A DNA stretch of 64,000 nt. Origin: an uncultured Pirellulales bacterium (GTDB lineage: Bacteria > Planctomycetota > Phycisphaerae > Sedimentisphaerales > SM23-30). Shown piece by piece: positions 27,998 to 38,251 of the stretch. A program made the position numbers and the translations under genes. The stretch is taken from contig CAZICK010000003.1 in NCBI GenBank assembly GCA_964537505.1, positions 13,321 to 77,320 of the forward strand, written 5' to 3'. The notes below the pieces were generated by a model that was given only the letters and a program-made list of their open reading frames with translations, did no database searches and had not been told where the DNA came from. Each line of letters opens with the position of its first letter. Positions within the stretch are counted from its first letter, which is position 1.

Positions 27998-29329
27998 ATG
28001 CCTTTTATAAGCAATACCGACCAGCAGCGTAAAGAAATGCTCGATGAGCTTGGGTTGACGATGGATGGTTTGTTCGCCGATGTGCCGGCAGAGTTGAGGT
28101 GTCAATCTTTCGATCTGCCTGAGGGGATCGGTGAGCAGAAGGTGCGCAGGTGCCTTGAGGATTTGAGCCGCAAGAACTCGACAAACCTTATCGGTTTTCT
28201 CGGCGGCGGGTTTTACGATCATTTTATCCCGGCGGCGGTAGATGCGCTGGTCTCACGCAGCGAATTCTATACGGCCTATACCCCCTACCAGCCGGAGATT
28301 TCGCAGGGTACGCTCCAGGCGATATACGAGTACCAGTCGATGATCTGCCGATTGACCGATATGGAGGTGTCTAACGCTTCGCTGTATGATGGAGGAACGG
28401 CACTTTATGAGGCGATGACGATGTCACTGCGGGTCACGGGGCGGAATAAGATTATTATCGACGACAGCGTCAATCCGATATATCGGGTTATGATCCACTC
28501 ATACACGCGGAATCTGAGAATTGAACTGCATGAGACGCTTAACACAGGAGGGTTAGCCAATCGTCAGGAGATATTCGATCTTATCGACGACCAGACGGCA
28601 GCGGTTATATTGCAGAACCCGAATTTTTTCGGTTGTATCGAGGACTATAGCGATGTTGCCGAGGCGGCTCACAAAAAAGGGGCATTGCTGATTTGTTCGT
28701 GTTATCCGATTTCGCTGGGGATACTAAAGACGCCTGGTGCAATGGATGCGGATATAGTGACCGGCGAAGGTCAAAGTCTGGGACTGCCGCTGTCGTTTGG
28801 CGGGCCTTACCTGGGTTTTATGGCAACCCGGCAGAAATACATTCGCAAGATGCCCGGCCGTATCGTGGGCCAAACAACCGATACCATGGGCCGGTGCGGT
28901 TACGTCCTGACCCTCCAGACCCGTGAACAGCACATCCGGCGGGATAAGGCAACCTCCAATATCTGCACCAATGAAAGCTTATGTGCGCTGCGGGCCTTGA
29001 TATATCTATCCTTGTTAGGCAGTGAGGGTCTGCGAGACCTGGCCCATCGATGCGCCGATAAGGCCAGTTACGCTTATCGTCGTCTCACCGCATTGCCAGC
29101 GGTCCATCCGCGTTTTCACGCCAAATGGTTTTTCAATGAATTCGTACTGGACCTGCCCTGCCCCGCCGTCGATGTCATCGGCAGACTGATCGAGAAGGGA
29201 TTCGCGGCTGGATTTCCGCTGAGCCGTTACTATAAGGACATGGAAAATTCCATGCTGATCGCCGTGACGGAGAAAAGGACCAAACAGGAAATAGGCATGC
29301 TGGCCGAGGCACTGGAGGGGGTATTATGA
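27998..29329 (+). CDS. gcvPA: Glycine decarboxylase subunit 1
   Basis: FLGGGFYDHFIP, EFYTAYTPYQPEISQG, NASLYDG, REQHIRRDKATSNICTN. Confidence 0.96.
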   Translation: MPFISNTDQQRKEMLDELGLTMDGLFADVPAELRCQSFDLPEGIGEQKVRRCLEDLSRKNSTNLIGFLGGGFYDHFIPAAVDALVSRSEFYTAYTPYQPEISQGTLQAIYEYQSMICRLTDMEVSNASLYDGGTALYEAMTMSLRVTGRNKIIIDDSVNPIYRVMIHSYTRNLRIELHETLNTGGLANRQEIFDLIDDQTAAVILQNPNFFGCIEDYSDVAEAAHKKGALLICSCYPISLGILKTPGAMDADIVTGEGQSLGLPLSFGGPYLGFMATRQKYIRKMPGRIVGQTTDTMGRCGYVLTLQTREQHIRRDKATSNICTNESLCALRALIYLSLLGSEGLRDLAHRCADKASYAYRRLTALPAVHPRFHAKWFFNEFVLDLPCPAVDVIGRLIEKGFAAGFPLSRYYKDMENSMLIAVTEKRTKQEIGMLAEALEGVL

Positions 29330-30774
29330 AACTGATATTTGAGAAAAGCGTACCCGGTCGCCGTGGCGTGCATTTGGGCCGCAGCGATGTGCCCACAAGC
29401 ATCAATCTCGACAAGAAATTGTTGCGGGAAAAGGATGTTCGATTGGCGGAGTTGAGTGAATTGGATGTGGTCAGGCACTTTACGGAATTGTCACGACGAA
29501 ACTATGGAGTGGATACGAACTTTTATCCGTTGGGTTCGTGTACAATGAAGTATAATCCCAAAGTTACCGAGCTTATCGGGTCGTACCCGGGTTTTGCCAA
29601 TCTGCATCCGTTACTGCCGCAACTGCGGATGGGCGGGATACTTACCCAAGGGGCACTGCAAGTGCTCTACGAGACAGATTTACTGCTGCGTAAGATCACC
29701 GGGATGGCGAGTTTTACCATGCAGCCGTTGGCCGGTGCTCATGGGGAACTGACCGGCATTATGATTATATCCGCATATCATCGCGACCGAGGCAATCGCA
29801 AAACTACACTGCTGATTCCTGACAGCGCGCACGGCACTAATCCAGCCAGCGGCACCATTGCCGGTTACGAAGTCCTGTCGGTACCCAGTGGCAAGAATGG
29901 GGTTATGGATGTCGAAGCCCTCAAAGCGATGCTCAGCGACGAGGTGGCCGGGCTGATGCTGACCTGTCCCAATACGCTGGGACTATTTAACCCGCACATT
30001 AAAGAAATCTGTGATCTTATCCACAGTATCGATGGTCTGGTTTATTATGACGGAGCCAATCTAAACGCCATCACCGGCAAGGTACGGCCTGGCGATATCG
30101 GTTTTGATATAGTGCACCTGAACCTGCATAAGACATTTGCCACGCCGCATGGCGGCGGCGGACCGGGGGCAGGTCCGGTGGGCGTGGTGGAAAAACTCGC
30201 GGACTTCCTGCCGGTTTCCATAGTCGTAAAACGAGACGACGGCACGTACGCTCTGGAATATGACCGCCCCAAGAGCATCGGTTTTGTGGCTCCATTTTAT
30301 GGTAACTTCGCGATTATTCTGCGGGCCTATGTTTATATCCTGATGCTAGGGAAGGAAGGGCTGATCCGCATGGCGGAAAACGCTGTGCTCAACGCAAATT
30401 ATATAAAGGAAAAGCTCAAGGATTATTATGATTTGCCTTTTCCGCAGGTGTGCAAACACGAATGCGTTTTCAGCGCCAGCCGGCAAACGGCATTTGGTGT
30501 TCACGCTATCGACATTGCCAAAGGCCTGATAGACGCCGGTTTCCATCCGCCTACGATATATTTCCCCACTATTGTCAGGGAAGCGATGATGATCGAACCG
30601 ACCGAAACCGAAAGCAAAGAGACGCTCGATACATTTATCGCCGCGATGATAGAAATCGCTCAAACCGCTTCAACTGACCCGGACAAACTAAAATCAGCCC
30701 CTCGAACCACCGCCGTCGGCCGACTGGACGAAACCGCCGCAGCCCGTAATATTAACGTCGCCTGCGTAAAGTAG
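29326..30774 (+). CDS. gcvPB: Glycine decarboxylase subunit 2
   Basis: YPLGSCTMKYNP, AHGTNPAS, HLNLHKTFATPHGGGGPG, MIEPTETES. Confidence 0.96.
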   Translation: MKLIFEKSVPGRRGVHLGRSDVPTSINLDKKLLREKDVRLAELSELDVVRHFTELSRRNYGVDTNFYPLGSCTMKYNPKVTELIGSYPGFANLHPLLPQLRMGGILTQGALQVLYETDLLLRKITGMASFTMQPLAGAHGELTGIMIISAYHRDRGNRKTTLLIPDSAHGTNPASGTIAGYEVLSVPSGKNGVMDVEALKAMLSDEVAGLMLTCPNTLGLFNPHIKEICDLIHSIDGLVYYDGANLNAITGKVRPGDIGFDIVHLNLHKTFATPHGGGGPGAGPVGVVEKLADFLPVSIVVKRDDGTYALEYDRPKSIGFVAPFYGNFAIILRAYVYILMLGKEGLIRMAENAVLNANYIKEKLKDYYDLPFPQVCKHECVFSASRQTAFGVHAIDIAKGLIDAGFHPPTIYFPTIVREAMMIEPTETESKETLDTFIAAMIEIAQTASTDPDKLKSAPRTTAVGRLDETAAARNINVACVK

Positions 30775-30787
30775 CGCAGCCTTTTTT

Positions 30788-33700
30788 TCAGAGGCCACCT
30801 GTTACTACAGGAAAGGAAATGCCTGGGGTCAGAAAATACAGGTACATTTCGGTAACGTTTTTCTTGAGGATTGTTTCGACCGCCCGGCGGTAAAGGCCCA
30901 TCTGAACATCATAAAAGGCTGCGCGGTCAGCGCATTGTGATTCGGTGATCTGATCGGTTTTATAATCGATAATTGTCAGGCCGGTGTCGGTTTCGATCAG
31001 GCAGTCAATTACGCCGCGAACCAGGACATTTTCATTTCGGTCCTGGTCGCTTAGTTCTTCCTCGCGATAAACTTCTCCTGCCGGGACGGCTATGGTAAAG
31101 GGCCATTCTCGCTGTAGGTGATGGCCGTGGGTGATTATTTTTTGGCCCAGCGACGAAGTAAAGAGTTTAGCGATGGAAGATAAATCAATATGTAAAGCCT
31201 GCCGATCGTTGAAGAAGCCACGGTCGATTATTCTGAGCAGTTGCCTGGCGAGGTCGTCCCGATCCAGCGAACCGGCCAAATCGAGCCTTTGCAGAAACAG
31301 ATGGGTCCATGAGCCTTTTTCAGCAGCAGTCGGCATGGGCGGTTGATCGGCCATGAATTGAGGACGTCTGTTGAAAGGCTCGGCCGGGGTTTTCGCAAAC
31401 GAGACGAAAGGGGGCCGTTCAGTCTGGCCGGAACCGCAAGATGCGGGAGTTTCTTTTTCCGCGGGACCAACAGCCGGATCGGGAGCGAAATCAGGGTCTT
31501 GCCGCAGATCGATCTGATGCTTAATATCCGAAACGCTGCGTCTGGCCCAAAGTCGCTGCAATGGTTTGTGCGGATATCGCCAATTGATCCGATCGATAAT
31601 CTCCCGCACCTGTGGGGTTGGCAAACCTGGAGCCAAACCGGCAAGCTCGTCCAGTGAGTCGGCTCTTTTGGGACGGGCCGGTTGCCCAGCGGTATCTTTG
31701 AGCAACTCTGTCACCTGTTCGGCGGAATAAGAGGTTACGTCAAAACGCGAATCAAATTGTCCCGGTGAAGATCGAGCGTCCGGGTCTGGTTTGGAATGAC
31801 AATCATCCAAAAAATCCCGCATGTCCGGGTGTCCGGCCAGAGCGGGACCAAGCCAATCAATAGGCGCAGCGGCACCACTCAAAAGAAACTCCGGCAGCGC
31901 CAGTTGACAATCGAAACGCCAATTTTTCCACTGACTGCGTGCACGATCGATATTTATGCCGGCCGTGAGAATCAATCGTTCACAGGCACGGGTAAACGCT
32001 ACATAAAGTATTCGCATCTCTTCAGCGAGTGCACGGTGTTCGATGTCCTCAGCGATGACGCTGCGGGCAAGGGTGGACCAATTGTCCTGACTGATCGTAT
32101 CGACTATGCGCAGCCCAACGGGACAGGATTCACCGGTCGAGGGAGATTGGGAGCTGTTGAACAAAATAGACTGATGAGCGTCCTGCATATTGAACTTACG
32201 GGCCAACTCGGCAGCAATCACTACCGGGAATTCCAATCCCTTGCTCTTGTGCACACTCATAATTCTTACGACATTGTCCGCTTCGGTAAGGATTGGCGCG
32301 GGTCCGAAATCGCCTTGTTCCTCGCGCAATTTTTCGACAAAACGCAGGAATCGCGCCAACCCCTGCTGAGTGAAACTATCGAACCGCCGGGCCACATCGT
32401 GCAAATGCAGCAGATTACTGTAGCGCTGCCGTCCGTCCGGCAAACCGGATACGTACGCCAACAAATCAGTATCGCGATAAATCCGCCAAATGAGCCTTGC
32501 CAAATTGCCCTGCCGGGCCAGGCTCCGCCATATCTCAAGCCGGGCCAGGAACTCACCGATCTTCTCTTTCAATTCAACATCGGGACCGTTTTGGCCATAG
32601 TCGCACAGGGCCTGATAAAAACCGCCCTTCGGCGTGTGAAGACGAATATCCGCCAACTGCGATTCGTTGAGTCCGGCTATTGAACTGCGCAGCACCGAAG
32701 CTAACGGAATATCCTGTTGGGGATTGTCCAGCAGTTTCAGCAGACAAACCATGTCCTGAATTTCGGTAGCGACGAAATAGCCGCTGGTCAGCTCGGCATG
32801 AACGGGAATACCCATTTGTCCGAAAACCTCACTCCACAGTTCGGCCCGCATCTTCATGGACCGCAGCAAAATGACTATATCGCGGTATTCTACCGACCGA
32901 GCCAATCCTGTACGCGAGTCGATAACATTAAACTCAGCTTTACCGTCCGATCGGTCAGCGACCATTTGGCGGATACGCCGACCTACAACCATCGCTTCCC
33001 GTCGAGTAGTGTCAAGCTCGTTCGGGCCGTCAGTTGTGCGGCTGTCGGGATCTTCGGTGGAAACGTTACTAACGTTACTCAAGTCGCGTTCGATAAGATG
33101 CAACTCGATACGGCCGGCCTGATCGTTGTCATTAGCGATAGTGTCATAACGGGTGGCGCCGTAAACCAGTTGTGCGTCGCGATGATAATCGATACCGGCA
33201 AAATCACCGGTCATACAGCGGGAGAAAATATAGTTGATACCGGCTATGATTTCGCGCCGGGAGCGGAAGTTTTTGTTAAGGTCGATCTTTTTTTGCCTAG
33301 CCGAATCAGCATCGGCAGCGTCGGCAGGTGTAAATTTCCGATATTTTTCCAGGAAGATATCGGGCTCCGCCTGGCGGAAACCGTAAATGCTCTGCTTGAG
33401 ATCGCCTACCATAAACAGGTTGCCGAGTGGTTCGGATTTATCGTGCCGGTCAAAGTCACAGACGAAACCGCCGCGGCTGAGGCAGCGAATAATCGCCTCC
33501 TGCACCGGCGAGATGTCCTGATATTCATCGATCAGCACATACTTGAACCGCTCCTGCAATTGCCTGGCCAGGTCGGTTGGACCGTTTTGGCCGTATAAAA
33601 GAGACAGACATTGACGTTCCAGATCGGCAAAATCGAGTACGTTCTGCCGCTGCTTGCTCCTTTGGTAACGAGCGGCGAACTCATTGTGCAATCTGGCAAG

Positions 33701-34729
33701 CAACTCGGCAAACGGTTCGGTAACACTCAACTGTTTGATAACATCGGCGGAGGCGACGGCAAAGGTCTGCTGTATTTTTTGATATTCAGCCTTGGCCCTG
33801 TCGATCAGGTCCTTGACCGGAGCGATATCATCTTCGCCCAGTTCTTTCGGCCGGTTGGGAACGCGGGGGAACGACAACCCGCCTATCTGTTCCAACGCTC
33901 CGGGGAAATCGCCGCTAACCAAGGCATCTTTCACCTGACCAAGCATCGGCAGCAGTTTATCCTGAAGATGGATGGTGTAAAACTGCAGTTGTGGATAGTA
34001 ATCGATCATTGTGCGGGCATATTCCAGCCGGGAAATAACACGATCGATCTGCAGGGCAAGTATCTGCTTTTGCCGCTTGACCACTGCAAGATTCTCGACG
34101 TCTGTCTGCTCGATACGCAGCATTCTGGACCAACCGGCAAGCCAGCTTTCGTGATCCTGCATGGTATCCAGAAAATTATGCAGCCTGATAAGCAGGTTTA
34201 TCAGGGGCCGATCACCGGTGTCGGCTCCGTATGACTGCACAAAGCGATCAAACAGCTCCGGTTCGCTGTTTTGAGTTCTGTCACTTTGTGCATAACGATC
34301 TTCAAAAAGCTCGGTGGCAATCTGCAGCTTGAGCAGCTCCGATTCGTCGGCATCGAGAATCTCAAAGGTTCCGTCCAGCGGCAAACGATAAAAAAACTCC
34401 CGCAATACGGAATGACAAAAAGAATGAACGGTAGAAATATTGGCTTTGTCCAACAGAATGAGCTGACGGTGTAAACGGGGATCGTTTCGGGCAAACTGGC
34501 GTAATCGGTGGGCGATACGGCTGCGCATCTCCGCGGCTGCGGCTTCGGTAAATGTCAGTACCAGCAATTCGTCAACATTACAGGGATGAGGCGCCTCGGT
34601 AAGCAGATAAATACAACGACCCGCCAATACCGCGGTCTTGCCCGCCCCGGCTGAGGCGGTCAACAGCACATCACCATTAACAGTGTTGATGGCCAGCTTT
34701 TGCTGAGGTGTCCAGTCGATACTGCCCAT
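30788..34729 (-). CDS. addA: ATP-dependent helicase/nuclease AddA (UvrD + RecB-like nuclease)
   Basis: ASAGAGKT, IDEYQD, VGDLKQSIYGFRQA, SVHKSKGLEF, LYVAFTRA, RGVIDC...IIDYKTD. Confidence 0.92.
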   Translation of the reverse strand: MGSIDWTPQQKLAINTVNGDVLLTASAGAGKTAVLAGRCIYLLTEAPHPCNVDELLVLTFTEAAAAEMRSRIAHRLRQFARNDPRLHRQLILLDKANISTVHSFCHSVLREFFYRLPLDGTFEILDADESELLKLQIATELFEDRYAQSDRTQNSEPELFDRFVQSYGADTGDRPLINLLIRLHNFLDTMQDHESWLAGWSRMLRIEQTDVENLAVVKRQKQILALQIDRVISRLEYARTMIDYYPQLQFYTIHLQDKLLPMLGQVKDALVSGDFPGALEQIGGLSFPRVPNRPKELGEDDIAPVKDLIDRAKAEYQKIQQTFAVASADVIKQLSVTEPFAELLARLHNEFAARYQRSKQRQNVLDFADLERQCLSLLYGQNGPTDLARQLQERFKYVLIDEYQDISPVQEAIIRCLSRGGFVCDFDRHDKSEPLGNLFMVGDLKQSIYGFRQAEPDIFLEKYRKFTPADAADADSARQKKIDLNKNFRSRREIIAGINYIFSRCMTGDFAGIDYHRDAQLVYGATRYDTIANDNDQAGRIELHLIERDLSNVSNVSTEDPDSRTTDGPNELDTTRREAMVVGRRIRQMVADRSDGKAEFNVIDSRTGLARSVEYRDIVILLRSMKMRAELWSEVFGQMGIPVHAELTSGYFVATEIQDMVCLLKLLDNPQQDIPLASVLRSSIAGLNESQLADIRLHTPKGGFYQALCDYGQNGPDVELKEKIGEFLARLEIWRSLARQGNLARLIWRIYRDTDLLAYVSGLPDGRQRYSNLLHLHDVARRFDSFTQQGLARFLRFVEKLREEQGDFGPAPILTEADNVVRIMSVHKSKGLEFPVVIAAELARKFNMQDAHQSILFNSSQSPSTGESCPVGLRIVDTISQDNWSTLARSVIAEDIEHRALAEEMRILYVAFTRACERLILTAGINIDRARSQWKNWRFDCQLALPEFLLSGAAAPIDWLGPALAGHPDMRDFLDDCHSKPDPDARSSPGQFDSRFDVTSYSAEQVTELLKDTAGQPARPKRADSLDELAGLAPGLPTPQVREIIDRINWRYPHKPLQRLWARRSVSDIKHQIDLRQDPDFAPDPAVGPAEKETPASCGSGQTERPPFVSFAKTPAEPFNRRPQFMADQPPMPTAAEKGSWTHLFLQRLDLAGSLDRDDLARQLLRIIDRGFFNDRQALHIDLSSIAKLFTSSLGQKIITHGHHLQREWPFTIAVPAGEVYREEELSDQDRNENVLVRGVIDCLIETDTGLTIIDYKTDQITESQCADRAAFYDVQMGLYRRAVETILKKNVTEMYLYFLTPGISFPVVTGGL

Positions 34730-34860
34730 AATCCGCACTCACAACTCTGCCAAAAAACCTGCGTCCACTAAAAAACTCGTCTATACTGTATCCTATTGAC
34801 CGATCATTGGCTAAACTTTTATAGATGTTTTTTCCAAGTGGGGTAAATTGTCAACAACAT

Positions 34861-34889
34861 TTGACCAGCCTGACGAATTCAGATACAAT
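34861..34889 (+). promoter_or_regulatory. Sigma70-type promoter of thiC
   Basis: TTGACC-N17-TACAAT, implying a leader of about 220 nt. Confidence 0.7.
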
Positions 34890-34977
34890 GAGAGTGAAAT
34901 GATAAGAGTTTGGTGTGTTATGAGAGTGCAAATAATCCGACAGAGACAAAACACTGCGATATTTTTACATCGAACGC

Positions 34978-35007
34978 ATGGGAGTTTGTCCTTAACTTCC
35001 GTTTTTT
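34978..35007 (+). terminator. Terminator-like hairpin inside the thiC leader
   Basis: ATGGGAGTT-7 nt loop-AACTTCCGT (9 bp, two G-U pairs) followed by a T run. Confidence 0.5.
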
Positions 35008-35117
35008 CATAGAGTTAACGTGATACCATCAACTCGACGCAAGCCGATCCGGCGGAAACCGGCAAGTTGCGTCGGACAAATATGTTACACGGTTTTTGGG
35101 CCGAGTCAGGAACTATT

Positions 35118-36395
35118 ATGACCCAGTTGGAACAAGCTAGAGCCGAAATCATAACCGATCAAATGCGACAGGTCGCCCAAAAAGAGGCGGTGGATGCGGA
35201 GGCTATTCGCCGGGAAGTGGCTGCCGGCAGAATGGTCATCCCTGCCAACGTCGTCCATCTCAAAGACAGTCTCGACCCCATCGGTATCGGCCGAGCGATC
35301 ACTACCAAGATCAATGCCAACATAGGTGCTTCCCCACTTGATTCGGACGATGCTTACGAGCTACGCAAACTCAATACGGCGCTCAAATATGGGGCCGATA
35401 CCGTCATGGACCTTTCGACCGGCGGTGATGTCGATCGGTGCCGCTGTAATCTTATCGCCCATAGCCCGGCTCCGCTGGGTACGGTTCCGCTGTACGAAAT
35501 GATTATCAATAAAACCATTAAAGAGCTTACATATAACGACATTCTGGCCACGTGCCGGAAACAGGCCGAGCAGGGCGTCGATTTTTTCACTGTTCATGCC
35601 GGTCTGCTCAAGGAACATCTGCCGCTGACGAAAACCCGTATCGCTGGTATTATCAGCCGGGGTGGTTCGCTGCTGGCTCAATGGATGCTGTACCACAATA
35701 AACAGAATCCGTTTTATGAGATTTTCGACGACCTTTGTGATATTGTACACGATTATGATGTTGCCTTCTCGCTCGGCGACGGTCTGAGGCCGGGCTGCCT
35801 GGCGGACGCCACCGACAAGGCCCAGATCGCTGAGCTGCATACCCTGGGCGAATTGACCCAGCGAGCGTGGGATAAGGGCTGTCAGGTTATCGTCGAAGGG
35901 CCGGGCCATGTACCTTTCGATCAAATCGAATACAACATGAAATTGCAAAAGGATATTTGCCAGGGCGCCCCGTTTTATGTGCTCGGCCCGCTGGTAACTG
36001 ACATTGCCCCCGGCTACGACCATATTACCAGTTCTATCGGCGCCACCGCGGCGGCTTATCATGGCGCAGCGTTTTTGTGCTACGTTACGCCGCGCGAACA
36101 CCTGGGCTTACCCTCGGAAGACGACGTTCGTCAGGGCGTGATTGCTTATAAGATCGCCGCTCATGCTGCGGATGTGGCCCTGGGCCTGCCAGGCGCACGC
36201 AAATGGGACGACGAACTGAGCAAGGCCCGAGCGGAACTCGACTGGCAAAAACATCTGGGGTTGGCCATCGATCCCGAGACCGCTCGAAAAATGCACGATG
36301 AAAAAAAACTATCCCCCACAGACCACTGTACCATGTGTGGCAAAGACTGGTGTAGCGTACGTATCAACAAGGAAATCCGCGAAACGTTGATCTGA
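35118..36395 (+). CDS. thiC: Phosphomethylpyrimidine synthase
   Basis: KINANIG, GADTVMDLSTG, SRGGS, SLGDGLRPG, EGPGHVP, YVTPREHLGLP, CTMCGKDWC. Confidence 0.93.
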   Translation: MTQLEQARAEIITDQMRQVAQKEAVDAEAIRREVAAGRMVIPANVVHLKDSLDPIGIGRAITTKINANIGASPLDSDDAYELRKLNTALKYGADTVMDLSTGGDVDRCRCNLIAHSPAPLGTVPLYEMIINKTIKELTYNDILATCRKQAEQGVDFFTVHAGLLKEHLPLTKTRIAGIISRGGSLLAQWMLYHNKQNPFYEIFDDLCDIVHDYDVAFSLGDGLRPGCLADATDKAQIAELHTLGELTQRAWDKGCQVIVEGPGHVPFDQIEYNMKLQKDICQGAPFYVLGPLVTDIAPGYDHITSSIGATAAAYHGAAFLCYVTPREHLGLPSEDDVRQGVIAYKIAAHAADVALGLPGARKWDDELSKARAELDWQKHLGLAIDPETARKMHDEKKLSPTDHCTMCGKDWCSVRINKEIRETLI

Positions 36396-36429
36396 CTTGA
36401 CACGCATCACCTGGAAACATTTCGGCCAG

Positions 36430-37434
36430 CTAAAATTGTTGCAGGAATCGCAGGTCGTTTTCGGTGAAAAGGCGAATATCGGTTATGCCGAACTTGCGCA
36501 TGGCCAAGCGTTCGATGCCAAATCCGAACGCCCAGCCGGTATATTTTTCCGGGTCGTAACCAACCGCTTCGAAAACGTTCGGATCGACCATTCCACAGCC
36601 TCCCATTTCGATCCAGTTTTCCCGGCCCTGCTTGTCCTGCAGCAACAGGTCCACCTCACCCGACGGTTCAGTAAACGGAAAGTAGCTCGGTCGAAACCGC
36701 CACTGCGTATCCGGGCCATAAAAGGCGTGAATAAACTGGTCGATGGTCGTTTTCAGATCGACCATGCTCACCCCCTCATCCACCACCAGGGCCTCGATCT
36801 GGTGGAACATATACATGTGCGTGGCATCGACGCTGTCCGGTCGATAAACGCGGCCCGGCGCTACAATACGGATGGGTGGTTTTCTTTTTTCCATAACCCG
36901 TATCTGGACCGTCGAGGTCTGCGACCGCAAGAGGGTACTATCGTCAATATAAAAATTGTCCAGCGGATCGCGTGCCGGATGCGCTTCGTCAATATTCAAC
37001 GCCACAAAATTATGATACTCATCTTCAATTTCAGGGCCATAACCCACTTCAAAACCCATCCGGCCAAAAATTTCCAGTAGTTCATTGATAGTTTGGGTAA
37101 TAAGATGACTACTGCCCAACCGAGCCGGCTCGCCCGGCAGCGTTACATCGAACAACACTTCGCTTGCCGTACTGCTCTGCTGCTCCAGGCGGTATTTCAA
37201 CTCATCAAAAGCAGATTTGACCTGATTCTTGATCTGGTTGGCCAGTTGCCCGGCCTGAGGTTTGAGCTCTTTGGGCAGTTTGCCCAGTTCGCCAAGCAGA
37301 CCGGTAATCTCACCCTTGCGAGAAAGGTACTTAACGCGGAACTGTTCCATCTGATCGAGACTGGCCACCCTTTTCAGATCGTCCAGCGCCTTTTCGCCGA
37401 CTGCCCTGAATTGCCCTAAAATGTCAGTCATCAT
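36430..37434 (-). CDS. pheS: Phenylalanine-tRNA ligase alpha subunit
   Basis: HPARD, LRSQTS, FHQIE, FRPSYFPFTEPS, GFGIERLAM. Confidence 0.97.
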   Translation of the reverse strand: MMTDILGQFRAVGEKALDDLKRVASLDQMEQFRVKYLSRKGEITGLLGELGKLPKELKPQAGQLANQIKNQVKSAFDELKYRLEQQSSTASEVLFDVTLPGEPARLGSSHLITQTINELLEIFGRMGFEVGYGPEIEDEYHNFVALNIDEAHPARDPLDNFYIDDSTLLRSQTSTVQIRVMEKRKPPIRIVAPGRVYRPDSVDATHMYMFHQIEALVVDEGVSMVDLKTTIDQFIHAFYGPDTQWRFRPSYFPFTEPSGEVDLLLQDKQGRENWIEMGGCGMVDPNVFEAVGYDPEKYTGWAFGFGIERLAMRKFGITDIRLFTENDLRFLQQF

Positions 37435-37482
37435 TTGTCCCTGATGCTTTGAATAACAGTTTCTGAAATGAGTGGTTCTCAC

Positions 37483-37848
37483 TTAGGCGGCGGAGCCCAA
37501 TGCCTCGCGTGCCATTTCCACAACTTTGTCAAAACCCTCCGGATCGTGAATCGCCATTTCAGAAAGCATTTTCCGGTTGATACTGACCTGCGCCAGCTTC
37601 AATCCATTAATGAACTGACTGTAACGGATATTCCGCTGATGGCAGGCCGCACTGATACGAACAATCCAAAGCGCACGAAAATCCCGTTTTTTACGGCGTC
37701 TGTCTTTTGTCGCCGTGGCCTGGGCGCGGACCAGCGATTCCTGTGCTAATCGCCAATTTTTACTGCGTGGACCGCGAAAACCCCGGACAGCCTTAAAAAC
37801 GCGTTTCTTGGCTTGGCGCCTGGCGGCGCCTTTACATACTCTTGGCAT
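37483..37848 (-). CDS. rplT: 50S ribosomal protein L20
   Basis: MPRV...RRKKRDFRALWIVRISAA...INRKMLSEMA. Confidence 0.97.
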   Translation of the reverse strand: MPRVCKGAARRQAKKRVFKAVRGFRGPRSKNWRLAQESLVRAQATATKDRRRKKRDFRALWIVRISAACHQRNIRYSQFINGLKLAQVSINRKMLSEMAIHDPEGFDKVVEMAREALGSAA

Positions 37849-37991
37849 GGCAGCTTTCCTTTCATCCAATAAATATATGCCCGCTGGCGGCAGCCGTAAG
37901 CCGAGAAGCAAGCATTAAAAACCACCGGCATTAATTCATGTTTCCTGCCGGACGATACTAATCTGACGTGGTTTTTGTTTGTAACTGTCCG

Positions 37992-38186
37992 CTAAACCCC
38001 TAATAAAACCTTTGTTTTTCGGGCCATCGCAATCGACATTCCCTTCGTGTTACGGAGCGAACGGCACCGGTTGCCGCTTTTGCTACTCATCAGGTGGCCG
38101 GAGAAAGATCGCTTCCGCATGACTTTACCGGTAGCGGATATCTTCACTCTCTTCTTTAATCCTTTATGTGTTTTTTGTTTTGGCAT
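37992..38186 (-). CDS. rpmI: 50S ribosomal protein L35
   Basis: MPKQKTHKGLKKRVKISATGK. Confidence 0.97.
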   Translation of the reverse strand: MPKQKTHKGLKKRVKISATGKVMRKRSFSGHLMSSKSGNRCRSLRNTKGMSIAMARKTKVLLGV

Positions 38187-38251
38187 TATCTGTTGTTACC
38201 TTTTTATTGCAGTCAAAACCGCAATTAATTCCTTATTTCCTGCGTTTGTTG

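Noticed and set aside
35118-36395. BzaA/B/F (benzimidazole synthase) instead of ThiC
   Set aside because: It cannot be excluded by eye, but there are no cobamide genes or clear B12 riboswitch nearby, so ThiC is the simpler call.
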